From an uncultured bacterium (GTDB lineage: Bacteria; GCA-001730085), in NCBI GenBank assembly GCA_964565945.1, contig CAZMGY010000003.1:30001-62000 (forward strand): a stretch of DNA of 32,000 bases, in the 5' to 3' direction. The translations under genes were made by a program, and so were the position numbers. Below the pieces are notes generated by a model, which was given only the letters and a program-made list of their open reading frames with translations, did not search any database and was not told the origin of the DNA. Numbering within the stretch: position 1 is the first letter of the stretch; the number at the start of each line of letters is the position of its first letter. Positions 1-8,039 of the stretch are shown one piece after another.

Positions 1-1
1 T

Positions 2-661
2 AAGATCTTGTTTAACAATGGTGGTGGGATTTTTTACCAAGATGCGCGCAATGGTATTTTTTTGGATCGCGCAACTAACTATTCCGTGATGCGTTCACGG
101 GCCGAAATTGTGTTGCAACCGGGTTACACTGGATCGCCGACTGACTACGATTTTGTGGTTCATAATTCGACTGATCATACCGTGATCAGCGAAGGGAAAA
201 TGTTTATCAAAGGTGATTTTGAAGTGCGTACGCCTGGAGGAGAACGTTTATTGATTGTGAGTGCTCAAGGAGGTAATAACAATAGCCCTGTGATTTTGAT
301 GAGGTCTAATGTTCTGATTGAGGGGGACTTAACGGTTACGGGAACGATCACGGGTAATATTTCTGGTTCTAATGTGACCATTGATAATCTGCGTGTGAAA
401 CGTCAATTGTTGGTGCAGAGTGATGCGGAGTTCAATACAAATGGTCATGTTGTCGATGCCGATGCTAGCCATTTGATTGTGCGGGGCTATTTATGGTCCG
501 ACCATATCCGTTCGACCTTGGGTAATATGTTTGAGGTTCGGGTGAGAAATAACCGCGCGATTGGGCGATTCCGTCGCGGGAATGGTCGGAGTGGGTTTGT
601 GGCGCTCGCCATCCCTGGTGAGGCCCAGGGGCGCAGTTTTGCTGGAAATCCTTATGTGTAA
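2..661 (+). CDS. Hypothetical protein, C-terminal part (ORF open to the left window edge)
   Basis: Frame 2 has no stop between nt 2 and the TTG at 8, so the gene probably starts upstream of the window. Stop is TAA at 659-661. The sequence is Gly/Asn/Thr/Val-rich with repetitive beta-strand-like segments (LIEGDLTVTGTITGNISGSNVTIDNLRV). I recognise no family motif. Confidence 0.45.
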   Translation, partial: KILFNNGGGIFYQDARNGIFLDRATNYSVMRSRAEIVLQPGYTGSPTDYDFVVHNSTDHTVISEGKMFIKGDFEVRTPGGERLLIVSAQGGNNNSPVILMRSNVLIEGDLTVTGTITGNISGSNVTIDNLRVKRQLLVQSDAEFNTNGHVVDADASHLIVRGYLWSDHIRSTLGNMFEVRVRNNRAIGRFRRGNGRSGFVALAIPGEAQGRSFAGNPYV

Positions 662-688
662 CCCCGATCTTAAATGCAATATCTTTCC

Positions 689-717
689 TTGAGCTAAAAT
701 GTGTTTTCGACTATAAT
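689..717 (+). promoter_or_regulatory. Sigma70-like promoter for the LysM/YkuD gene
   Basis: TTGAGC (689-694), 17-nt spacer, TATAAT (712-717), about 45 nt upstream of the start at 762. Confidence 0.5.
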
Positions 718-761
718 GAACGCATCTGTGAGAATGGTTCAAAAGCCAAGGAGGGCTGAGG

Positions 762-1826
762 TTGTTGCGTAATTTACTGCTTGTTATTATTGCTGCATCG
801 CTAATTATTACTTTTTTGTCGTGGAGCAAGAAAGATCCTAAGAAAGAGCCTTCGGTGCGCAAGGTGGACGTAGTGACCTTAGAGGAACGCACTCAGAAGA
901 AAATCAAAAAGCTTCACGAAGTCGCTCTGACCTATCAGCAGGCGGGAGAGTGGAAAGAAGCTTTGCATACTTGGAAAGATATTGTGAATACTTATCCCGA
1001 AGATGAGCAAACGGCCCAGGCTTTGCAGTCCTTAGTGGTTTTGTATCTTAATAAAAGCCAAACCAAGTTTGCCAATATTTATTTTGAAAAGCTCGAACAA
1101 GGATTTCCCGATAGCGAAGCGATGGCTCAGGCTTTGTACGATAAGGCACAGTATGCCGATAAAGGAGGCAATTTGAGTTCTGCTAAGCTGTCCTACCGTC
1201 GCTTGGTTCGCGATTTCTTTTTCTTCGATAAAATAGCCGAGGTGCAAAAGCGTTTGGAAGATTTGAATATAAGCTTATTATTTTCGAAAAAAATAACGGA
1301 AGGAACGAGCCTTTATCAAGTTCAGAGAGGGGATTCTTTGTCAACCATTGCGCATCGCTTTAACACCACGGTCGATTTTTTATTGCAAGCCAATGGTCTT
1401 AAAATTGACAGTGTGATTCATCCTGGTGATCGTTTAAAAGTGTTTAATCCCAAAGTTAAGATTGGTGTGACCATCGATAAGTCACAAAAAAGCATGTTGC
1501 TTACATTTAACAACGAAGTATTGCGTCGTTACAATATTGCGATTGGCAAAGACGGTAGCACACTTGTTGGAAAATTTGCGGTGCAAAATAAACTGAAAGA
1601 TCCTGTTTGGTTTAATGCTGGTCGGGCTATTCCCCCAGATGACCCCCGTAATGTTTTGGGAACGCGGTGGTTAGGTATTGATCGCGATATAGGGATTCAT
1701 GGAACGGTTGAAAAAAAGCATATTTTGGAACAAACTTCAAACGGATGTATTCGCATGAACAACAAAGAAGTCGAACAATTGTATTCGATTCTGCGTGTCG
1801 GTGATCCAGTTGTGATTGTCGAGTGA
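762..1826 (+). CDS. Membrane-anchored TPR-like / LysM / YkuD-family L,D-transpeptidase
   Basis: N-terminal TM anchor (LLLVIIAASLIITFLSW) and TPR-like helical repeats. LysM domain (YQVQRGDSLSTIAHRFNTTVDFLLQANGL..GDRLKV). YkuD catalytic domain with the His/Cys signature (IGIHGT ... TSNGCIRM). GGAGG at 750-754 lies 7 nt before TTG 762. Confidence 0.85.
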   Translation: MLRNLLLVIIAASLIITFLSWSKKDPKKEPSVRKVDVVTLEERTQKKIKKLHEVALTYQQAGEWKEALHTWKDIVNTYPEDEQTAQALQSLVVLYLNKSQTKFANIYFEKLEQGFPDSEAMAQALYDKAQYADKGGNLSSAKLSYRRLVRDFFFFDKIAEVQKRLEDLNISLLFSKKITEGTSLYQVQRGDSLSTIAHRFNTTVDFLLQANGLKIDSVIHPGDRLKVFNPKVKIGVTIDKSQKSMLLTFNNEVLRRYNIAIGKDGSTLVGKFAVQNKLKDPVWFNAGRAIPPDDPRNVLGTRWLGIDRDIGIHGTVEKKHILEQTSNGCIRMNNKEVEQLYSILRVGDPVVIVE

Positions 1827-1847
1827 TAACAATAAAGGAATCCTGTT

Positions 1848-2831
1848 ATGGCTCATGAAGAACGTTTAAATTTTGAAGCGCCTATTTTAGAACTTGAAAA
1901 ACGAATCAAAGAACTGGAATCTTTTGCCAAAAATGAAAGCATTGATTGCGAAGAAGAGCTATCGATGCTGTATTTGAAGCTTGATAAAATCACTAAAGAT
2001 ATCTATTCTCGTTTGGGACCTTGGCAGAGGGTGCAAATATCGCGCCATCCGAAAAGGCCATATACGCGGGACTATATTGACTATCTTATGGATGATTTTG
2101 TGGAAATACGTGGGGATCATCGTTTTGCTGACGATCCAGCGCTCGTGTGTGGCTTTGGACGAATTGATGGACGGACTTTTGCGATGATTGGGCATCAAAA
2201 AGGCCGTGATATTAAAGAAAAAATGGAATGTCATTTTGGTTGTGCACATCCTGAGGGGTATCGCAAAGCCTGGAGAGTGATGCACTTGGCCGAAAAGATG
2301 GGGGTTCCGATTGTGATTTTGGTGGATACACCTGGAGCTTTCCCGGGGATAGCGGCGGAAGAGCGTGGCCAGTCGGAGGCGATTGCGAGCAACATTATGA
2401 ACATGACCAATCTTAAAGTGCCTACCCTTTCGATTATTATTGGCGAGGGTGGAAGTGGAGGTGCATTAGGTGTTGGCTTGACCGATGTGGTTGCCATTAT
2501 GGAAAATGCGTATTATTCCGTGATTTCTCCTGAGGGTTGTTCGGCTATTCTGTGGAAAGATAAGGATAAGGCTGCGGATGCGGCTACGGTTCTTAAAATT
2601 ATGCCAAAAGACTTGCTCAATATGAACATTGTCGACGAAGTGATCAAAGAACCTTTGGGCGGGGCTCATCGTCATTTCGAAAAAGCAGCCGATAATATTA
2701 AGAGTGCTATTTTTAAATACATGCACATCTGTGAAAGTATGTCGATCGAAACTTTGATGGAGCGTCGCTATCAAAAGTATCGTCATATGGGGACTTTCAA
2801 CGAAGGAAGTGCGGGACATGCGTCTTTATAA
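1848..2831 (+). CDS. accA: Acetyl-CoA carboxylase carboxyltransferase subunit alpha
   Basis: Full-length AccA-like sequence: LNFEAPILELEKRIKEL, RHPKRPYTRDYI, and the IIGEGGSGGALG oxyanion region. AAAGGAA lies upstream of the ATG. Confidence 0.95.
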   Translation: MAHEERLNFEAPILELEKRIKELESFAKNESIDCEEELSMLYLKLDKITKDIYSRLGPWQRVQISRHPKRPYTRDYIDYLMDDFVEIRGDHRFADDPALVCGFGRIDGRTFAMIGHQKGRDIKEKMECHFGCAHPEGYRKAWRVMHLAEKMGVPIVILVDTPGAFPGIAAEERGQSEAIASNIMNMTNLKVPTLSIIIGEGGSGGALGVGLTDVVAIMENAYYSVISPEGCSAILWKDKDKAADAATVLKIMPKDLLNMNIVDEVIKEPLGGAHRHFEKAADNIKSAIFKYMHICESMSIETLMERRYQKYRHMGTFNEGSAGHASL

Positions 2832-4257
2832 TACCTTAAAGCGAGCCAAGCAGGACTTTGAATCTTTGCGTGAAGGAAAGGTTTCGATGTATGTCTGTGG
2901 CGTGACGGTGTACGATGAATGCCATTTGGGACATGCGCGGGCCTATGTTAGCTTCGACGTGTTGCGGCGCTATTTGCAATACAAAGGTTATTGCGTGCGC
3001 TATGTGCAAAATTTCACTGATATTGACGACAAAATCATTGCCCGTGCTCAAGAGCAAGGTGCCGAGGATATGGCTCAAGCGGTTAAGGATGTGAGTGAAC
3101 ATTTTATTGAACGTTATTTTGATGTGATGGATGCCTTGGGTGTTTTGCGTGCCGATGAATATCCTAAGGCTACGGAACACATCGAGGACATGATTGCGAT
3201 GATTGTGTCTTTGATCGAGCGTGGGCATGCTTATGACGTCGATGGAGAGATCTTTTTTGCTGTGAACACCTTTGAGTCCTATGGAAAATTATCGGGAAAA
3301 CAGCTCGACGACTTGCAAGTGGGGCAGCGGGTGGATGTGGATGTGCGCAAAAAAAATCCCCTGGATTTTGTTTTATGGAAAGCCCATAAGCCTGGTGAAC
3401 CTGCCTGGAAAAGTCCTTGGGGTTTGGGGCGTCCAGGATGGCATATCGAATGTTCTGCTATGTCGCGGAAGCACTTGGACGGAACTTTTGATATTCATGG
3501 AGGTGGGGTTGATTTGATTTTTCCGCATCATGAAAATGAAATTGCTCAATCGGAAGCCTGCACGGGTGAATGTTTTGCACGCTACTGGATGCATAATGGG
3601 TTTTTGACCATCAATCAAGAAAAGATGTCGAAGTCTTTGGGGAATTTTTTTACCCTTAAAGACATTTACGAGCAATATGCGCCTGAGGTGGTGCGGATGT
3701 TTTTGCTAACCTCGCATTACCGCTCTCCGATGGATTTTAGCGATGAACGCTTGGCAGAAGCGAAGGAGCAGTGTTATCGGGGCTATATGATGCTCAAAAA
3801 TGCAGGTTTAGCCATTACTGGAGAAACCGCGTCGGTCTGGACCGATGAGATGCAGGTAATCAAAGATAAGTGGTTGGCAGGTATGGACGACGATATTAAC
3901 ACTGCCTTGGCGATTGGTTGTTTGTTCGAGATTGTCCACGAAGCCAATGTGTATATGAAAGAGGGGGTGCAAACAGAGGATCAACGCCAGGAACTTAAGG
4001 GCTGGCTTAATTTGTTTGAAGAGATTGCCAGGGTTATGCACCTGTTTCTAAATCCTTACCGTGTGGTGTCCGAAACATCTCCTACATCCGATGATGTTGA
4101 GCGTGAGATACAGCAGTTATTGCTCGAGCGCAAGCAAGCACGGACGGAGAAAGACTGGGGATCGGCGGATGTTTTGCGGGAGCGTTTATTGGCTCTTTAC
4201 GACGATATTGAGCTTGAAGATACGCCCCAAGGGTCTTTGGTTTCGTTCCGTCTTTGA
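2818..4257 (+). CDS. cysS: Cysteine--tRNA ligase
   Basis: Class I aaRS with HIGH-type CHLGHARAYV and KMSKS (EKMSKSLGNFF). The N-terminus MRLYNTLKR is typical of CysRS. I prefer ATG 2818 (GAAGGAAG at 2802-2809) over the ORF-track GTG 2809. Either start overlaps the accA 3' end. Confidence 0.93.
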   Translation: MRLYNTLKRAKQDFESLREGKVSMYVCGVTVYDECHLGHARAYVSFDVLRRYLQYKGYCVRYVQNFTDIDDKIIARAQEQGAEDMAQAVKDVSEHFIERYFDVMDALGVLRADEYPKATEHIEDMIAMIVSLIERGHAYDVDGEIFFAVNTFESYGKLSGKQLDDLQVGQRVDVDVRKKNPLDFVLWKAHKPGEPAWKSPWGLGRPGWHIECSAMSRKHLDGTFDIHGGGVDLIFPHHENEIAQSEACTGECFARYWMHNGFLTINQEKMSKSLGNFFTLKDIYEQYAPEVVRMFLLTSHYRSPMDFSDERLAEAKEQCYRGYMMLKNAGLAITGETASVWTDEMQVIKDKWLAGMDDDINTALAIGCLFEIVHEANVYMKEGVQTEDQRQELKGWLNLFEEIARVMHLFLNPYRVVSETSPTSDDVEREIQQLLLERKQARTEKDWGSADVLRERLLALYDDIELEDTPQGSLVSFRL

Positions 4258-4262
4258 TATAT

Positions 4263-5336
4263 CTATGTCTTGATGGAGGGCATCATCACCAGGCCAATGC
4301 CTATAAAAAGAAGGTTGATCAGCCATGCGGCGAGCAACGGCGGTAAGTATCCGCCATTTCCCATCGAAAGTCCAATAAAGAATGTGCCTTGATAAATAAA
4401 GGCAACCACCAAGCTCGAAATAACGCCGTGCATGATCGAAGATTGACCACTCAAAATAAAAGGAATGCCGACAAACAGAAGCACCAAACTGGCAAAAGGG
4501 TATGCGATGCGAGAATGAAGGAGAACCTCTTGCTTAGAGGTCTCGTAGCCATTAGCTTTAAGTGTGTTGATATAGGACCGCAGTTCGCGGATACTCATTA
4601 TTTCGATGTCGAAGTTTTTTTCGAAAATTTCGGGTTTTTCGGGGATTTGCAAAAACTTTTCGGCAAAATTGTCGACCACTGATTTGTTGATATTTCTTTG
4701 GTTGTAGTTATAGATGGTGCCGTTGTAAAAAATCCAACCGACGCTGGTCCATGTAGCTTTTTCGGCATTGATTCGGCGTGTGATTTTGTCATTTGTGTCG
4801 TACTGCAAAATGATCACGTGAAACATTTCTTTGTGTTCCACATCATACTCTTGGATGAAGTAGGCATTACGATTAGTTTTAAGAGTCACATTTTTTTTGA
4901 TATAACTTTGTTCTTTGTTGGTGTGAAAGTGTTTTTTTTTAAGTATGGTCCCCAAAAAAGAGCTTTGAGGAATGATGAATTCATTCAGGAGGATGTTGGT
5001 GCAAGAGATGATGAGGCCAAAAAACAAAACAGGAAGAATCACGCGATACAGGTGAACGCCAATGGCTTTAAGGGCTGTGATTTCGTTGAAACGTTCTAAG
5101 TTGTTGAAGGTAAAAATGCATCCCAGGAGTACGGCTAAGGGACTTGATTTTAAAATGAACGAGGGAAGAAGGCAAAGGTAGTATTGGATAATAATTGGAA
5201 AGTTGATTTTGTTTCTTAAAATCATATCGAGACTTTCAAACAAATCGATTACAATGATGAGAAGTAAAAAGGCTGCTAAACAATACAAAAAAGAAGGCAA
5301 GCCTTTTTTGAGAATATAACGATCGATGATTAGCAT
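4263..5336 (-). CDS. LptF/LptG-family LPS export permease (YjgP/YjgQ)
   Basis: From the internal Met the protein reads MLIIDRYILKKGLPSFLY..., the canonical LptF/G N-terminus. It is followed by TM helices, a periplasmic beta-jellyroll-sized insert and C-terminal TMs. The longer ORF-track start (5594) runs through the upstream PCD gene in another frame. Confidence 0.85.
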   Translation of the reverse strand: MLIIDRYILKKGLPSFLYCLAAFLLLIIVIDLFESLDMILRNKINFPIIIQYYLCLLPSFILKSSPLAVLLGCIFTFNNLERFNEITALKAIGVHLYRVILPVLFFGLIISCTNILLNEFIIPQSSFLGTILKKKHFHTNKEQSYIKKNVTLKTNRNAYFIQEYDVEHKEMFHVIILQYDTNDKITRRINAEKATWTSVGWIFYNGTIYNYNQRNINKSVVDNFAEKFLQIPEKPEIFEKNFDIEIMSIRELRSYINTLKANGYETSKQEVLLHSRIAYPFASLVLLFVGIPFILSGQSSIMHGVISSLVVAFIYQGTFFIGLSMGNGGYLPPLLAAWLINLLFIGIGLVMMPSIKT

Positions 5337-5355
5337 AAGCGAGCAGTGTTTCCTT

Positions 5356-5634
5356 TCACACCATGCGTTCAACAGCTTTAAGGGCTTCCAAATCAAGTTG
5401 TGTGATACCTTGGGCACTATGGGTGCTATAGCGAAGGGTACATGTTTTGTAGGACAAGGCGATATCGGGATGATGGTTTTGCTGATGAGCGATTCCAGCG
5501 ACCGTGTTGACGAAGGCCATGGTTTCGTAGAAATTGCTAAACTGGAATGTTTTGTGCAAGGCCTGAGAGGCGTAGTTCCAGCCTGAAAAATCATCTAAGG
5601 CTTGTTGAATATTTTTATCGTTTAATATTGTCAT
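5356..5634 (-). CDS. Pterin-4-alpha-carbinolamine dehydratase (PCD/DCoH family)
   Basis: 92 aa from ATG 5634 (MTILNDKNIQQAL...). Carries the family core FVNTVAGIAHQQNHHPDI. Family size fits. Confidence 0.85.
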   Translation of the reverse strand: MTILNDKNIQQALDDFSGWNYASQALHKTFQFSNFYETMAFVNTVAGIAHQQNHHPDIALSYKTCTLRYSTHSAQGITQLDLEALKAVERMV

Positions 5635-5712
5635 GAACTTGAACCTATTACTATGGTACACACTACTCTATTTATGCTAAACGACAGTGATCTAAACGTC
5701 AACTAAAAATTA

Positions 5713-5721
5713 TGCTAGAAT
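5713..5721 (+). promoter_or_regulatory. Extended -10 promoter element upstream of serC
   Basis: TGcTAGAAT (TG 5713-5714, TAGAAT 5716-5721), about 50 nt upstream of serC. The -35 is weak. Confidence 0.35.
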
Positions 5722-5770
5722 ACCCCTTTGCATTGTGTTAAAAGATCTCTAAAAAAAGGAGTGTTAGGTC

Positions 5771-6856
5771 ATGTCTCGTGTCTATAACTTTTCGGCTGGT
5801 CCAGCCATATTACCAGAAACTGTCTTGCAGAAAGCTGCACAAGAATTGCTCGAATATGGATCATCGGGAATGTCGGTGATGGAAATGTCGCATCGTTCGA
5901 AAGACTATGTGACTATTTTTGAGAATGCACGCCAGGGTTTACGTGAGCTCTTGAATTTACCAGGCACACATGAGGTGTTATTTTTGCAGGGTGGAGCCAC
6001 GTTGCAGTTTGCTATGGTGCCACTAAACCTGATGGGAACGCATAAACGTGCGGGTTACACCAACACGGGAGCGTGGTCGAAAAAGGCCATTGCTGAAGCT
6101 AAGATGTATGGGGAGGTTGTGGACTTGGGGGATTCTTCGGACAAGAATTTTAGCTATATTCCCGAAACGGATTGGGCCAACCTTCCTCAAGATTTGGATT
6201 ATGTGCATATTACGAGCAATAATACCATTTATGGAACGACCTATCATCAATGGCCCGATACGGGAAATATTCCTTTAGTGGTTGATATGTCGTCGAATAT
6301 TTTGTCAGACACCATTGATGTGTCTCAGGCTGATTTGGTTTATGCAGGGGCTCAAAAGAATATTGGCCCTTCTGGAGTGACCGTGGTGATTATTCGTAAA
6401 GATCTAGCTGGTCAAGCCTTAAAGATGACACCGTCTCTTTTGAATTACCATAAACACATCGAAGCTGATTCGATGTTGAATACGCCTCCTTGCTATGGGG
6501 TGTATATGGCGGGCTTGGTGTTTGAATGGCTTAAAGAGCGAGGTGGGGTTGTGGCTATGAAAGAGCACAATGAAGTGAAAGCTAAGTTTTTGTATGAGGC
6601 CATTGATGGATCTAAGCTTTTTGCTTCGCTCGTGGCTGAGAAAGATCGCTCGTTGATGAACTTGCCTTTTGTGATTGGATCTGATGAGCTTGATGCTCAG
6701 TTTATTAGTGAAGCCACCGCTGCAGGCTTGGTCAATCTTAAAGGCCACCGTTTGGTAGGGGGGATGCGTGCGAGCATTTACAATGCGATGCCTTTGGCTG
6801 GGGTGCAAGTCTTAGTAGATTTTATGGTCAAGTTCGAAGCTACACATTCGGTCTAG
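5771..6856 (+). CDS. serC: Phosphoserine aminotransferase
   Basis: N-terminus MSRVYNFSAGPAILPE and a full-length class V aminotransferase of SerC size. AAAGGAG lies upstream. Confidence 0.95.
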   Translation: MSRVYNFSAGPAILPETVLQKAAQELLEYGSSGMSVMEMSHRSKDYVTIFENARQGLRELLNLPGTHEVLFLQGGATLQFAMVPLNLMGTHKRAGYTNTGAWSKKAIAEAKMYGEVVDLGDSSDKNFSYIPETDWANLPQDLDYVHITSNNTIYGTTYHQWPDTGNIPLVVDMSSNILSDTIDVSQADLVYAGAQKNIGPSGVTVVIIRKDLAGQALKMTPSLLNYHKHIEADSMLNTPPCYGVYMAGLVFEWLKERGGVVAMKEHNEVKAKFLYEAIDGSKLFASLVAEKDRSLMNLPFVIGSDELDAQFISEATAAGLVNLKGHRLVGGMRASIYNAMPLAGVQVLVDFMVKFEATHSV

Positions 6857-6874
6857 ATTAAATCAAGGCTCTTG

Positions 6875-6907
6875 GCACTTTCTTTTTTTATTAGAAAAGG
6901 GCTTTTG
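6875..6907 (+). terminator. Possible intrinsic terminator between convergent serC and nrdB
   Basis: Imperfect stem GCACTTT (6875-6881) / AAAGGGC (6896-6902), one mismatch, AT-rich loop, followed by TTTT. Confidence 0.3.
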
Positions 6908-6940
6908 TGTGAACGTGTGTAAAATGTTTAAGTTTACCTT

Positions 6941-8005
6941 TTACCACTCTAGGGTGCCGATCGAGTATTCCTTAACTGTTCCTTCGAAGAAGTTAACCTC
7001 GATCATATTGCTCTGCGTGAGCTCGTCGATCCAAGGACAAGGATTTTCGCTGTTCCATTCGGGAGCGAGCCCGATGCTTTCCAAACGTAGATTACCGACA
7101 AACTGCAAGTATTCTTTAAGAACATCGGGGGTTAGGCCTGGGATGCCTTCGCCAATGCAGGTTGCTCCCCAGTTGTACTCCATCTCGACAGCATCGATGA
7201 AGTTCTTATGAATGCGAGATTTGAACTCTTCGGTCCATAACTCGGGTTGCTCATCTTTAAGGGTATTGGTGATGTGCGTGAAGACGCGCAAGTGCATGTC
7301 TTCGTCTTTATTGATGAATTGAATCATTTCGGCACTTCCAGGCATTTTGTTGTTACGACGCAAGACATAAAAAATCAGAAAAGCGCTGTAAAAGTAGATG
7401 CCTTCAAGAATAATGTTGCCCACACAGGCTTCGAGAAAAAGTTGGTCATTTTCAAATGTGCCTGTTTTAAAATTGGGGTCATCAATTTTGCCCATGGCCT
7501 GCAGAACTGTTTTGTTTTTGCTATATAGCTGACGATCTTTGCGGTACATGCCATAAATTTCTTCGGGATCAAGTCCTAAGGCTTCCACCATGGTGGCATA
7601 GCTATGAACATGCAAAGCTTCTTCGAACGATTGACGTATAATTGCCAGGGTAACCTCTGGTGAGGTGATATGGCGTACGATGTTGTTTACCAAGTTATTA
7701 GTTTGCAAACCATCAAGATTTGAAACAAATGCCAAGCTTCGTTTGTAAACATTGCGCTCATTTTCGGTGAGAGCATTGGGATCATTCCACATTTCGACAT
7801 CTTTGGCCATAGGAACTTCTTGAGGCATCCACGTGTTTTTAAGCATGGTGCGAAAGAGTTCATCGGCCCAAGGATGTTTAAGTGGCGAAACTTGCATGAG
7901 GCCATCATTTTGCCCATTGATAATGCGGCGGTTGTTGATGATTTCGGCATTACGGGTAGGGGTATTTTCGGCGCTTTGAATATATTGTTCTAGTTTAGTT
8001 GCCAT
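6941..8005 (-). CDS. nrdB: Ribonucleotide reductase class I small (beta) subunit
   Basis: Ferritin-like R2 with metal-ligand contexts NLDGLQ and EEALHVHSY (E-x-x-H-x-x-x-Y, so the radical Tyr position is retained). It sits immediately downstream of nrdA. Confidence 0.93.
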   Translation of the reverse strand: MATKLEQYIQSAENTPTRNAEIINNRRIINGQNDGLMQVSPLKHPWADELFRTMLKNTWMPQEVPMAKDVEMWNDPNALTENERNVYKRSLAFVSNLDGLQTNNLVNNIVRHITSPEVTLAIIRQSFEEALHVHSYATMVEALGLDPEEIYGMYRKDRQLYSKNKTVLQAMGKIDDPNFKTGTFENDQLFLEACVGNIILEGIYFYSAFLIFYVLRRNNKMPGSAEMIQFINKDEDMHLRVFTHITNTLKDEQPELWTEEFKSRIHKNFIDAVEMEYNWGATCIGEGIPGLTPDVLKEYLQFVGNLRLESIGLAPEWNSENPCPWIDELTQSNMIEVNFFEGTVKEYSIGTLEW

Positions 8006-8039
8006 AGTTTTCTTTTCCTTTAGTTACACAGGAGGTTAT

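Noticed and set aside
2809-2831. 14-23-nt overlap between the accA 3' end and the cysS 5' end.
   Set aside because: This is an ordinary compact-operon overlap. It depends only on the choice between GTG 2809 and ATG 2818, and there is no slippery sequence or structure suggesting recoding.
4263-5594. 443-aa ORF-track call that extends the LptF/G permease upstream by 86 codons.
   Set aside because: The extension (MIFQAGTTPLRPCTKHSS...) is low-complexity and overlaps the pterin-4a-carbinolamine dehydratase gene on the same strand in another frame. The canonical LptF/G N-terminus MLIIDRYILKK begins at ATG 5336, preceded by AAGGA.
6941-8005. Checked whether NrdB is a radical-Tyr-less class Ic (Chlamydia-type) R2.
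   Set aside because: The motif reads E-A-L-H-V-H-S-Y, so the Tyr at the E. coli Y122-equivalent position is present. The first ligand context is NLDGLQ (Asp, not Glu). This is an ordinary class Ia-like R2.
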